In this document: positions 27,198-35,532 of the stretch, piece after piece
Layout of the letters: the number at the start of each line of letters is the position of its first letter
Position numbering within the stretch: position 1 is the stretch's first letter
Source of the DNA: an uncultured Alphaproteobacteria bacterium
Lineage (GTDB): Bacteria > Pseudomonadota > Alphaproteobacteria > RF32 > CAG-239
Length of the DNA stretch: 64,000 bases
Direction: 5' to 3'
Assembly (NCBI GenBank): GCA_944391505.1
Contig: CALXTV010000001.1
Coordinates: 34,651 to 98,650 of the forward strand
Notes under the pieces: model-generated
Databases searched by the model: none
What the model saw: only the letters and a program-made list of their open reading frames with translations
Told to the model about the DNA's origin: nothing
Made by a program: the position numbers and the translations under genes

Positions 27198-27227
27198 AAA
27201 ATGCCGAGTACTTACTCGGCATTTTTT
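27198..27227 (+). terminator. Intrinsic terminator ending the four-gene operon
   Basis: AAAATGCCGAGTA / TACTCGGCATTTT hairpin with T-run. Confidence 0.8.
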
Positions 27228-27341
27228 GTTATACAATGGAAAACAACGTATATAATATACATAAATACACTTAAATAAAAGTATTGACATTTATAATATA
27301 CTTTGATATACATAAGCACATAAGAAGGTAAGGAGGGCTCT

Positions 27342-27707
27342 ATGGCATTTGAAAAATTTATTATCCAAACCAAAAAAAACTTCCCAACTGCATCAATTTC
27401 AACGCTCGGAAGACTTAGCCTGAATGAGGCTGCAATCTCTGCTTTTGGCTTACAAACAAAAAACTTTGCAGAACTTTTTTACGATTCGGAAAAGGCGCTT
27501 ATTGGCATAAAATTTTTGAATTCAGAGACAGAAAACAGTCTAAAAGTCCAAAGACGTGACAACTCCGGTATGTTTTTATCGGTTAAAAGCTTCTTCAAAG
27601 CCTATCAGATTGACTACTCAACTACATATTTTTGTGAAGTATCACAAGATGAAAAGGATAAAGACTTTTTGATAATAAACTTAAACACCAAGACAGAAAG
27701 GAGATAG
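27342..27707 (+). CDS. Hypothetical protein
   Basis: 121-aa ORF with SD AGGAGG and upstream TTGACA-17-TATACA. Confidence 0.7.
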   Translation: MAFEKFIIQTKKNFPTASISTLGRLSLNEAAISAFGLQTKNFAELFYDSEKALIGIKFLNSETENSLKVQRRDNSGMFLSVKSFFKAYQIDYSTTYFCEVSQDEKDKDFLIINLNTKTERR

Positions 27708-27901
27708 ACCAATGAACTGTTGACAATAAAAAAAAGAGGTTAAGAAACCGCTATTTCCCAACCTCAGAAGAAATGTTAAAAATTAACATCTCCAATCAAG
27801 AGTTATCTTAACATTTCTCCGAATAAAATCAATCTTTTTTTACTTATACCATTTGCGGTTTAGGTACAAATTCATTTTTTCAATAAGAAAGGAGAAAGTT
27901 A

Positions 27902-29224
27902 ATGGACAATTCATTAATTATTGAAAATATAAACCTTACTTCGTTAAAAACATATCATAACAATGCCAAAGTACATAATGAAGAGCAGCTTCAAGCCTTA
28001 GCTTCGTCAATTAAACAATTTGGCTTTAATTCCCCCATTTTGATTGATGAGAAAAACGAAATCATTGCCGGGCATGGCCGATTAGAAGCTGCCAAAATTG
28101 TCGGATTGACAGAAGTTCCTGCCATCAGGCTAACTCATTTGTCTGAAGTTCAAAAACGTGCATACCGTCTTGCTGATAACAAAATTGCTGAAAAAGGCGG
28201 ATGGAATGAAGACATTCTCAAACTTGAACTTTCTGAGTTAGAAAGCATGTGTAATGATTTTGACATAACGATCACCGGTTTTAGTTCTGTCGAGTTAGAT
28301 GTGTTGCTTGATGATACCGGCAATTCACATAAAATTGATAAGCAGCTTAACACTGATCCTTTTGTTCCTGAAAATGAAATAATTACGCAGCCAGGAGATA
28401 TTTGGCACCTTGGCAATCATCGGATTATCTGCGGCAATTCTCAAGATGAAGAAACCTTCTCAAAATTGATGCAAACTCAAAAAGCAAAGATGGTTTTGCA
28501 AGATCCTCCTTTTAATGTTGCCATTAACGGACATGTTTGCGGAAGCGGCAAAACCAAGCATAAAGAATTTGCTTTTGCCTCTGGTGAAATGACTGATGAT
28601 CAATTTATCAAATTTTTAGAAACAAACTTCAGACTTTGCGCCTCTTTTTCACAAGAAGGCTCTCTTCACTATAACTTTATGGACTGGCGACATATTCTTC
28701 ATATATCGGTTGCAGGAAAAAATGTTTTTGACTCATTGATTAACCTTTGTGTGTGGAACAAAGGAACTGGCGGCATGGGAAGTCTATTCCGTTCAGGATA
28801 TGAACTGTGTTTTATTTTCAAAAAAGGAAATAAAAGTCACACTAATAATGTTGAGCTTGGCAAAAATGGTCGCTACCGAACAAATGTTTGGAATTATCCC
28901 GGAGTAAATAGTTTTGGTCGTCATCGACAAGACTTAAAAATGCATCCGACAGTAAAACCCGTAGAAATGCTTTATGATGCTATTTTAGATGTAACCAAGC
29001 GTGGTGATTTAGTTTTAGATTCGTTTTTAGGTTCTGGCTCAAGTTTAATTGCTGCCGAGAAAGCACACAGGATCTGCTATGGCATTGAATGCGAGATGCT
29101 TTATATCGATACCACAATCAGACGTTTTCAAAATATCTTCAAGATTGATGCTGTCCGTGAAAAAGACGGTAAGACATACAATCAATTATTGGAAGAACTA
29201 AAATCAGGAGACACTCATGACTAA
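27902..29224 (+). CDS. ParB/Srx N-terminal domain fused to an N4/N6 DNA methyltransferase
   Basis: SIKQFGFNSPILIDE..IIAGHGRLEAA; QDPPFN; HPTVKP; VLDSFLGSGS. Confidence 0.92.
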   Translation: MDNSLIIENINLTSLKTYHNNAKVHNEEQLQALASSIKQFGFNSPILIDEKNEIIAGHGRLEAAKIVGLTEVPAIRLTHLSEVQKRAYRLADNKIAEKGGWNEDILKLELSELESMCNDFDITITGFSSVELDVLLDDTGNSHKIDKQLNTDPFVPENEIITQPGDIWHLGNHRIICGNSQDEETFSKLMQTQKAKMVLQDPPFNVAINGHVCGSGKTKHKEFAFASGEMTDDQFIKFLETNFRLCASFSQEGSLHYNFMDWRHILHISVAGKNVFDSLINLCVWNKGTGGMGSLFRSGYELCFIFKKGNKSHTNNVELGKNGRYRTNVWNYPGVNSFGRHRQDLKMHPTVKPVEMLYDAILDVTKRGDLVLDSFLGSGSSLIAAEKAHRICYGIECEMLYIDTTIRRFQNIFKIDAVREKDGKTYNQLLEELKSGDTHD

Positions 29225-29603
29225 TAAGACTTATGATGTTGGCTATTGCAATCCACCACAACATTCCCGCTTTCAGAAAGGGAAAAGCGGCAATCCTTCG
29301 GGGCGCCCTAAGTACAGCCGAAATACGTATAAGCTATTGGAAGATATTTTGGAGCAGAAGGTTTCAATCGTCCAAGATGGTAAGCAAATCAAAATTTCAA
29401 AAAAGGTAGCGATTCTTTTGCAGGCAGTCAATTCTGCGGTTAAAGGCGATACAAAAGCCATCCGCGATTTATTTCCTCATTTGTTGGCTGTCGATGCCAG
29501 ACAAGAAGAGAAAGAACAAAAAAGAGCTTCACTTAAAGCTGATGATTTAAGCATAATTAATAATTTTTTGCAAAATAAGGAGACCGAAAATGGTGAACTT
29601 TAA
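29217..29603 (+). CDS. DUF5681 protein (possible small-terminase analogue)
   Basis: YDVGYCNPPQHSRFQKGKSGNPSGRPK. Confidence 0.75.
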   Translation: MTNKTYDVGYCNPPQHSRFQKGKSGNPSGRPKYSRNTYKLLEDILEQKVSIVQDGKQIKISKKVAILLQAVNSAVKGDTKAIRDLFPHLLAVDARQEEKEQKRASLKADDLSIINNFLQNKETENGEL

Positions 29604-30087
29604 TCTAAACAAAACAAAATCAATACTTTTTTTAGAACAAATAAGTCACAATGCTTCTTCTCCGAAGCAACTACTGCAAAATCTTGCAAAAGATTTCCGG
29701 TCGTTGAGTTCAGAAGAACAAAAAGATTTTCAGCAATTATTGCTTGATATGCTTGATAAAACTTGCAGTTTGAAAAAGATAAAAATTGCTCAGGATGCCG
29801 AAAGTAAAGTAAAAAGACCTGAATTTCCTAAAGACATTTTTGAAAAATTGCTTTGGGAATTACAAGACAAACCATCTGAATATATTGAACCTCGGCTGGA
29901 GATGATGCGAGCTTGTCTTTCTTTTCCATCGGGCAAACAATCTAAAACAGCATCAAGCGCCATTCAAGAAATGAAGTTGAGCTTATCTCACAAAGGTTTT
30001 TCATTAGCTAAAAAACGCAACGTCTTCTTAAGATGTTTGTACGAAACATTTTTACTTCAGGAGCTGTACAATGATATCGATGAATAA
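29590..30087 (+). CDS. Hypothetical protein
   Basis: 165-aa ORF overlapping both neighbours. Confidence 0.6.
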   Translation: MVNFNLNKTKSILFLEQISHNASSPKQLLQNLAKDFRSLSSEEQKDFQQLLLDMLDKTCSLKKIKIAQDAESKVKRPEFPKDIFEKLLWELQDKPSEYIEPRLEMMRACLSFPSGKQSKTASSAIQEMKLSLSHKGFSLAKKRNVFLRCLYETFLLQELYNDIDE

Positions 30088-31597
30088 CCAAGACTTGCTT
30101 AAGGCCATTTTACGTTCAGATCTAAAATCATTTGTCACAAAAGTGTTTTTTGATGTATCACCCTCGGCTCAATATCTTGATAATTGGCATATTGATCTTA
30201 TTTGCCAAGAATTAGCACAAATGATAAATGGTCAAGAAACGCGTTTAATAATTAACATTCCACCACGATATTTAAAATCCATAATCTGTTCGGTTGCGCT
30301 TCCGGCTTTTATTTTAGGACATAATCCGCAAAGCTCTATTATCTGCGTAAGTTATTCGGATGATTTGGCGGCAAAACATGCTAATGATTGTCGCAGAATA
30401 ATTACCTCACAATGGTATCAAGAGCTATTTCCCGAAACAGTGTTAAGCAGCAATAAAAAATCAACATCAGATTTTGAAACTACTAAAGGAGGTGGAAGAT
30501 TTTCTACCTCCATAAACGGCACATTAACCGGACGAGGAGCTGATTGGATTATAATTGACGACCCCATAAAACCGACAGATGCAATGTCAGATAATATCAG
30601 AGATAAAGTTAACGACTGGTACCGATCAACACTATATTCCCGTCTCAACAATAAAGTTGAAGGAAAAATCATTCTGATTATGCAGCGCTTACATGAAAAT
30701 GACATGACCGGATTTTTGCTTGAAAGCGATAAAAAGTTTAAACTCATCAAACTCCCCGTCATTGCGGAAGAAGACGAAACATGGATTTTAAAAAATCAAT
30801 TTACACAAACAACGCTTACAATCGAGCGACATCCTGGAGATCTTTTGCATCCACAGAGAGAAAACCTTGAAACGATTAAAGAATTGCAAGATTCTTTAGG
30901 CGAATTTGCCTTTGCAGGGCAATACCAACAAAATCCCGTTCCCCAAAGTGGTGGAATGGTAAAAAAGGACTGGATGTACTTTTATAATGAGCTGCCAGCA
31001 TTAAAGCAAATCATTTTGTCTTGGGATACGGCAAGTAAAGATGGCTTTGACAATGCATATTCTGCATACGTCTTACTTGGTGTTGATTACAACCGCAAAT
31101 ATTATTTGATAGAAGCTAATCGCTATCGGCTCAATTTTCCAGAACTAGTAAAAACAGTAGATAGAATGAATGATCAATGTATTGATTTATTTAAGCAAAA
31201 GCCGGATATCCTTATTGAAGATGCCACATCCGGGACACAACTTATCCAAGTTTTAAGAGGAGAATATGGTCTATCTCCACATGCAATCAGAGCCGAGCAA
31301 GACAAAATTTCACGTATGCAAGCGGTATCTCTAGCAATAGAGCAACAAAGACTGTTATTTCCTAATCAAGCCGGAATATGGTATCAAACTTTTGAAAAAG
31401 AGCTTTTAACATTTCCAAAATCAAGATTTAAGGATCAATGTGATGCCTTGAGTCAAGCAGTGTGCTTTTTATCTTCAGAGATACAAAATCCGCAAATCAA
31501 ACCATATATAGCCACCGGCAATCATTTTTACACTAGTGGACATCGATCAACCTATAAAGTACATCCTATGCGAGATCCAAGGAAACTAAGACATTAA
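30071..31597 (+). CDS. terL: Phage terminase large subunit
   Basis: IINIPPRYLKS, GRGADWIIIDDP, FAGQYQQNP, SWDTA, KDQCDALSQ. Confidence 0.9.
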   Translation: MISMNNQDLLKAILRSDLKSFVTKVFFDVSPSAQYLDNWHIDLICQELAQMINGQETRLIINIPPRYLKSIICSVALPAFILGHNPQSSIICVSYSDDLAAKHANDCRRIITSQWYQELFPETVLSSNKKSTSDFETTKGGGRFSTSINGTLTGRGADWIIIDDPIKPTDAMSDNIRDKVNDWYRSTLYSRLNNKVEGKIILIMQRLHENDMTGFLLESDKKFKLIKLPVIAEEDETWILKNQFTQTTLTIERHPGDLLHPQRENLETIKELQDSLGEFAFAGQYQQNPVPQSGGMVKKDWMYFYNELPALKQIILSWDTASKDGFDNAYSAYVLLGVDYNRKYYLIEANRYRLNFPELVKTVDRMNDQCIDLFKQKPDILIEDATSGTQLIQVLRGEYGLSPHAIRAEQDKISRMQAVSLAIEQQRLLFPNQAGIWYQTFEKELLTFPKSRFKDQCDALSQAVCFLSSEIQNPQIKPYIATGNHFYTSGHRSTYKVHPMRDPRKLRH

Positions 31598-31653
31598 TAA
31601 AACTTGACTTAAGACAATGAAAGAGCCTTCATGCAACAATATGGAGGCTCTTA

Positions 31654-31911
31654 ATGTATAAAAAACCGCCTATAGCACACCAATTTCAAAAAGGAAAATC
31701 TGGAAATCCGAATGGTCGACCCAAAATCTCCGATTCGGCACTATTTGATTTGACTTCCTTGTTTTTGCAAGCGTTACTGTTAGCAAGGAACAAAGATAAA
31801 AGTTCCCGAGACAAATTAAGCAAAATAAGGGAGATTTTGTATGAAAAGGAAAATTCATCTACCCAAAAACATCGAAGAGCTAAAAAAATTATCACAAAAA
31901 AAGCAGGCTGA
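31654..31911 (+). CDS. Second, short DUF5681-motif protein
   Basis: KPPIAHQFQKGKSGNPNGRPK; SD GGAGG. Confidence 0.6.
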   Translation: MYKKPPIAHQFQKGKSGNPNGRPKISDSALFDLTSLFLQALLLARNKDKSSRDKLSKIREILYEKENSSTQKHRRAKKIITKKAG

Positions 31912-32293
31912 GCTTTGGGAGCGTTATGTAAACAGCCCTTACAATCACCAGCTTAGAGCATTGTGGTATTATATTGCTTGCGAAAATGCCAATCTTAAGA
32001 TTGAACGCAAACACCTAATTAAGTTAGAAAAATATGCTGAAAACCCTGATGAATGTATGATTAAGGTATACAAAACCAAATATAACCTTCATCCGGGAAC
32101 AGAAATTACTAAAACCTTCCGCAACCATCAATACAAAGTTATTATAAATGAAGCAAATGATTTTATTTTTGAGGGCAAACATTATAAAACTCTATCGGCG
32201 GTTGCCAAAGAAATATGTGGAATAAAAGTATCAGGCTATGACTTCTTTGGCTTAAACAACAAACGAGCATTAAAGGAGGCAACACATGACTAG
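31841..32293 (+). CDS. DUF2924 protein
   Basis: PGTEITKTFR...FIFEGKHYKTLSAVAKEICGIKVSGYDFFGL; directly upstream of the recombinase. Confidence 0.8.
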   Translation: MKRKIHLPKNIEELKKLSQKKQAELWERYVNSPYNHQLRALWYYIACENANLKIERKHLIKLEKYAENPDECMIKVYKTKYNLHPGTEITKTFRNHQYKVIINEANDFIFEGKHYKTLSAVAKEICGIKVSGYDFFGLNNKRALKEATHD

Positions 32294-33917
32294 AATAAAT
32301 TGTGCCGTCTATGTTCGTAAATCTACCGAAAAAGGATTGGAGCTTGAGTTTAATTCATTGCATAATCAAGAAGAAGCATGCCGAAGCTATATATTATCAC
32401 AAGCCTTTAACAACTGGGAATATTTCAAAACTTATACCGACGGCGGCATTTCCGGTGGCACTATGGAACGTCCGGCCTTAAAACAAATGCTTGAAGATAT
32501 TCGACATGGATTAATACAGACAGTGGTGGTTTATAAAGTCGACCGTTTATCCCGCTCAATTATGGACTTCCATAATATGATGAAAGAATTTGATAAATAT
32601 GGTTGCAGCTTTGTTTCAATTACTCAAGCCTTTGACACGTCGACTTCCATGGGCAAGCTAACGCTAAACATGCTGCTATCATTTGCTCAATTTGAGCGAG
32701 AGGTGTCTTCGGAACGTGTCCGTGATAAAATCCGTGCCAGTAAAGCCAAAGGCCTATGGACTGGAGGAATACCTAAACTAGGTTATGATATTATAGATAA
32801 AAAACTGGTCATTAATCCCGTCGAAGCCGAACAGGTGCATAGCATTTTTGAAGACTATCTGCAATGTAGCTCGCTGGCGGAGCTTGAGAAATTTGCTGAA
32901 ATAAAAGGTTTCAAACATAAAAGCTGGATAACCAACAAGGGGGAACAGAGAGGCGGAAAACCTTTTAAAATATCCGCGCTCCACCGCTTGCTGCATGAAA
33001 AATTATACCTCGGCATGATTGAGAACAAACGCACCGGACAAGCATTTAAAGGACAGCATGAAGCTATCATATCAAAAGATCTGTGGGAAAAGGTACAAAA
33101 CAAGCTCAAAGAAAATGACAACAGCTCTAATCATACAAGGAACAGAAACAATAATCTGCTGACTGGAAAACTGTTTGATGCTAACGGCACAATTTTTACC
33201 AATCAGGCCAACAGTAAAAAGAAAGCTACCAAACGACATTACTATTCTATTAAGGGTTTGTTCCTACCCACGGAGCAAATTGATAAGCTCGCTAAAGATG
33301 CCATTATTGAGATTCTTAACGGCAATCTCAATGGCTTAAACAAAGACAGCGCAATGGCTTTAAAACTGATAAACTTCAACGATATGGACTATTTCGCGCA
33401 ACGCAATTTTATCCGCAACTTCATCAATAAAATCATCTATCAAAAAGATCTCTTAACCTTCTTCTTTAATACCGATCCGATAATCCTCTCGGCCTATACC
33501 GGCGATTCGCTGAATGAAAGCAACAACCCGCTGGAAGTTATTGCTGATAATACCAACAACCAAATCATCTATGAAAAACAGGTCATCATCAACCGAGGGC
33601 TGTCAAGCAATGTCTACAACGCCGGAAAGGTCGGACTGATGAGCATCAATGACAACAACCGCCTGATCGTCAGAGCCTTTGCCTATGCATGGAAATTTAA
33701 GAAACTATATGAAAAAGGCATCCGGATGGAAGACATCATGAAACAGGAGAAAATGACCAAGCGTACAATTTACAAATATCTCAACCTTGCTTATCTCTCG
33801 CCAAGAATAGTCAATCAACTTCTCTCCGGAACACTAACCATCAATCTGCAAACTCTTTTCGATATCGCCTCTAAAAACCTAAGCTTTGAAGAACAGGAAA
33901 AAGAAATATTTCAGTGA
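32286..33917 (+). CDS. Large serine recombinase (resolvase + recombinase domains)
   Basis: CAVYVRKST, DGGISGGTMERPAL, VYKVDRLSRS, FAQFEREVSSER. Confidence 0.95.
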   Translation: MTRINCAVYVRKSTEKGLELEFNSLHNQEEACRSYILSQAFNNWEYFKTYTDGGISGGTMERPALKQMLEDIRHGLIQTVVVYKVDRLSRSIMDFHNMMKEFDKYGCSFVSITQAFDTSTSMGKLTLNMLLSFAQFEREVSSERVRDKIRASKAKGLWTGGIPKLGYDIIDKKLVINPVEAEQVHSIFEDYLQCSSLAELEKFAEIKGFKHKSWITNKGEQRGGKPFKISALHRLLHEKLYLGMIENKRTGQAFKGQHEAIISKDLWEKVQNKLKENDNSSNHTRNRNNNLLTGKLFDANGTIFTNQANSKKKATKRHYYSIKGLFLPTEQIDKLAKDAIIEILNGNLNGLNKDSAMALKLINFNDMDYFAQRNFIRNFINKIIYQKDLLTFFFNTDPIILSAYTGDSLNESNNPLEVIADNTNNQIIYEKQVIINRGLSSNVYNAGKVGLMSINDNNRLIVRAFAYAWKFKKLYEKGIRMEDIMKQEKMTKRTIYKYLNLAYLSPRIVNQLLSGTLTINLQTLFDIASKNLSFEEQEKEIFQ

Positions 33918-34354
33918 TTAAGTTTATACAAAACTATCTTATTTATAATATAAAAAATTTCCCAAGATAAATCATTATAAAGCATCAAAAGTGTGTCATT
34001 TTCGTAGAATGGATAAAAAATACCTTCTTTTTCAAATCCCAAAGAAAATACATCAGCATGCATCAATAAGTTTCTTATTTTTCTTACACTCAAATTTTCA
34101 TTATTAAGAAAATCAAATTCCTTTCCATCTATAATATTTTGGGTAAACAATGTTTGTAGAACATTGTAAAACTTCATATCATAATTCTCAATAACTGATT
34201 TCGATACATTTTCAAATACATTAAATAAAACATTTAAGCAAGCTATTCCTTGACCTTCTTTATACAGAATTTCACACGTTTGTAAAGATTGAGCGTAATA
34301 GTGAGAATATTGCCAAACATTATCTATTATAGCATTTTTATCTACTCCTTGCAT
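33911..34354 (-). CDS. Hypothetical protein with a HEPN-like RxxxxH motif
   Basis: RKIRNLLMH; N-terminal helix with NVFENVSK. Confidence 0.55.
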   Translation of the reverse strand: MQGVDKNAIIDNVWQYSHYYAQSLQTCEILYKEGQGIACLNVLFNVFENVSKSVIENYDMKFYNVLQTLFTQNIIDGKEFDFLNNENLSVRKIRNLLMHADVFSLGFEKEGIFYPFYENDTLLMLYNDLSWEIFYIINKIVLYKLNH

Positions 34355-34487
34355 ATTTTCCTCTCAAGTGACTCTCCCAAAATCGGCAATGTATGTAACT
34401 GCCGGAAATTTTGCACTTTCCAACATAAAACGAGCTTACCATAGTCATTTCGGCAAAGTCAACCGCCGACAAAGCCAGCGTTTCCGC

Positions 34488-34723
34488 CGGATACGAAAAA
34501 AGACGCTGTTATCCAGCGTCTTTTTAATCAAAATGGCGGAGAGATAGGGATTACTCTGCGCTAAAGCTTGAGTTGCACAGGCACTCATCGGCTTTCCAAG
34601 CCGACCGGCGTACTCCCGTCCGCCTTTCGCTGGTAGTCGAACCCTATCTCTAGGGTTCAAATCCAACCTTCCTCATCATTTACAACAAAACCCGCACAAG
34701 GCGGGCTTTGTTGTAAATGGCGG
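34488..34723. repeat. Right 236-bp direct repeat, overlapping the tRNA-Ser 3' end
   Basis: Copy of 14514-14749. Confidence 0.97.
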
Positions 34724-34809
34724 AGAGATAGGGATTCGAACCCTAGGTACCCCGATAGGAGTACAATTGATTTCGAGTCAACCGCATTCGACCACTCTGC
34801 CATCTCTCC
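34718..34809 (-). tRNA. tRNA-Ser(CGA)
   Basis: GGAGAGATGGCAGAGTGGTCGAATGCGGTTGACT-CGA-AATCAATTG...GGGTTCGAATCCCTATCTCTCCGCCA; long variable arm, encoded CCA. Confidence 0.97.
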
Positions 34810-34899
34810 ACAGTCGACTACACCTTAATAAAATCAAATCAAATAATTTGCAAGTCAAATTTCACGGTTTTGAAATTTTTTTGGCCTCAATGCACAAAT

Positions 34900-35499
34900 T
34901 CAATCAAACACCTTAACCCGCATATCCAAAGGCAAATAAGTTTTGGCCTCTGCCGCGGCACCGATGCTGCCAAACGGCATCTGAGCCCTCAGCCGCCAAC
35001 TTTTCGGCAACAACCATTCTTCGCGAACTTTATCATCAATCAACGGATTATAATGCTGCAAACTGGCGCCGACATTTTGTTCAGCCAATGCCGTCCAGAC
35101 CATATATTGCAAAATGCCGTTTGCCTGTTCGGCCCAAACCGGAAAATTATCGGCATATAACGGGAATTTTGCCTGTAAATCCGCCGTTATCTGATCATCA
35201 ATAAAAAACAAAACCGTTCCGTAACCGGCCGCAAACGAATTCATTTTCTCCTCCGTTTTGCCAAAGGCCTCTGCCGGAACTTTCGTTTTCAACACATCTT
35301 TAACAATATTCCAGAGTTTATGATGATTTTCGCCCAAAAGAACAACAACCCGTCCCGACTGAGAATTAAACGCCGTCGGACAATTCTTAACCATATTCTC
35401 AACCAGTCGGACAATCTCTCCGTCCGCCAAAACTTTATTTTTTCCCAAATTATAAATCGACCGGCGTTTTTCAGCCAAATGCAGAAATTTTTCTTCCAT
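34900..35499 (-). CDS. Nitroreductase-family protein (Frm2-like)
   Basis: KRRSIYNLG, PTAFNSQSGR, GASLQHYNP, LRAQMPFG. Confidence 0.88.
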   Translation of the reverse strand: MEEKFLHLAEKRRSIYNLGKNKVLADGEIVRLVENMVKNCPTAFNSQSGRVVVLLGENHHKLWNIVKDVLKTKVPAEAFGKTEEKMNSFAAGYGTVLFFIDDQITADLQAKFPLYADNFPVWAEQANGILQYMVWTALAEQNVGASLQHYNPLIDDKVREEWLLPKSWRLRAQMPFGSIGAAAEAKTYLPLDMRVKVFD

Positions 35500-35532
35500 A
35501 ACCGCCTCCCTAAACAACTCGTTTTTTCATAT

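Larger units (their letters stand above)
14744..34723. mobile_element. ~20-kb integrative defence island at tRNA-Ser(CGA) with a large serine recombinase
   Basis: Flanking direct repeats, tRNA target, visibly AT-rich relative to flanks, recombinase near the tRNA-proximal end, defence cargo. Confidence 0.92.

Noticed and set aside
27342-34354. Prophage call, or anti-CRISPR call for the small ORFs near cas9
   Set aside because: No structural, lysis or replication genes; no recognisable Acr sequence or acr-aca arrangement
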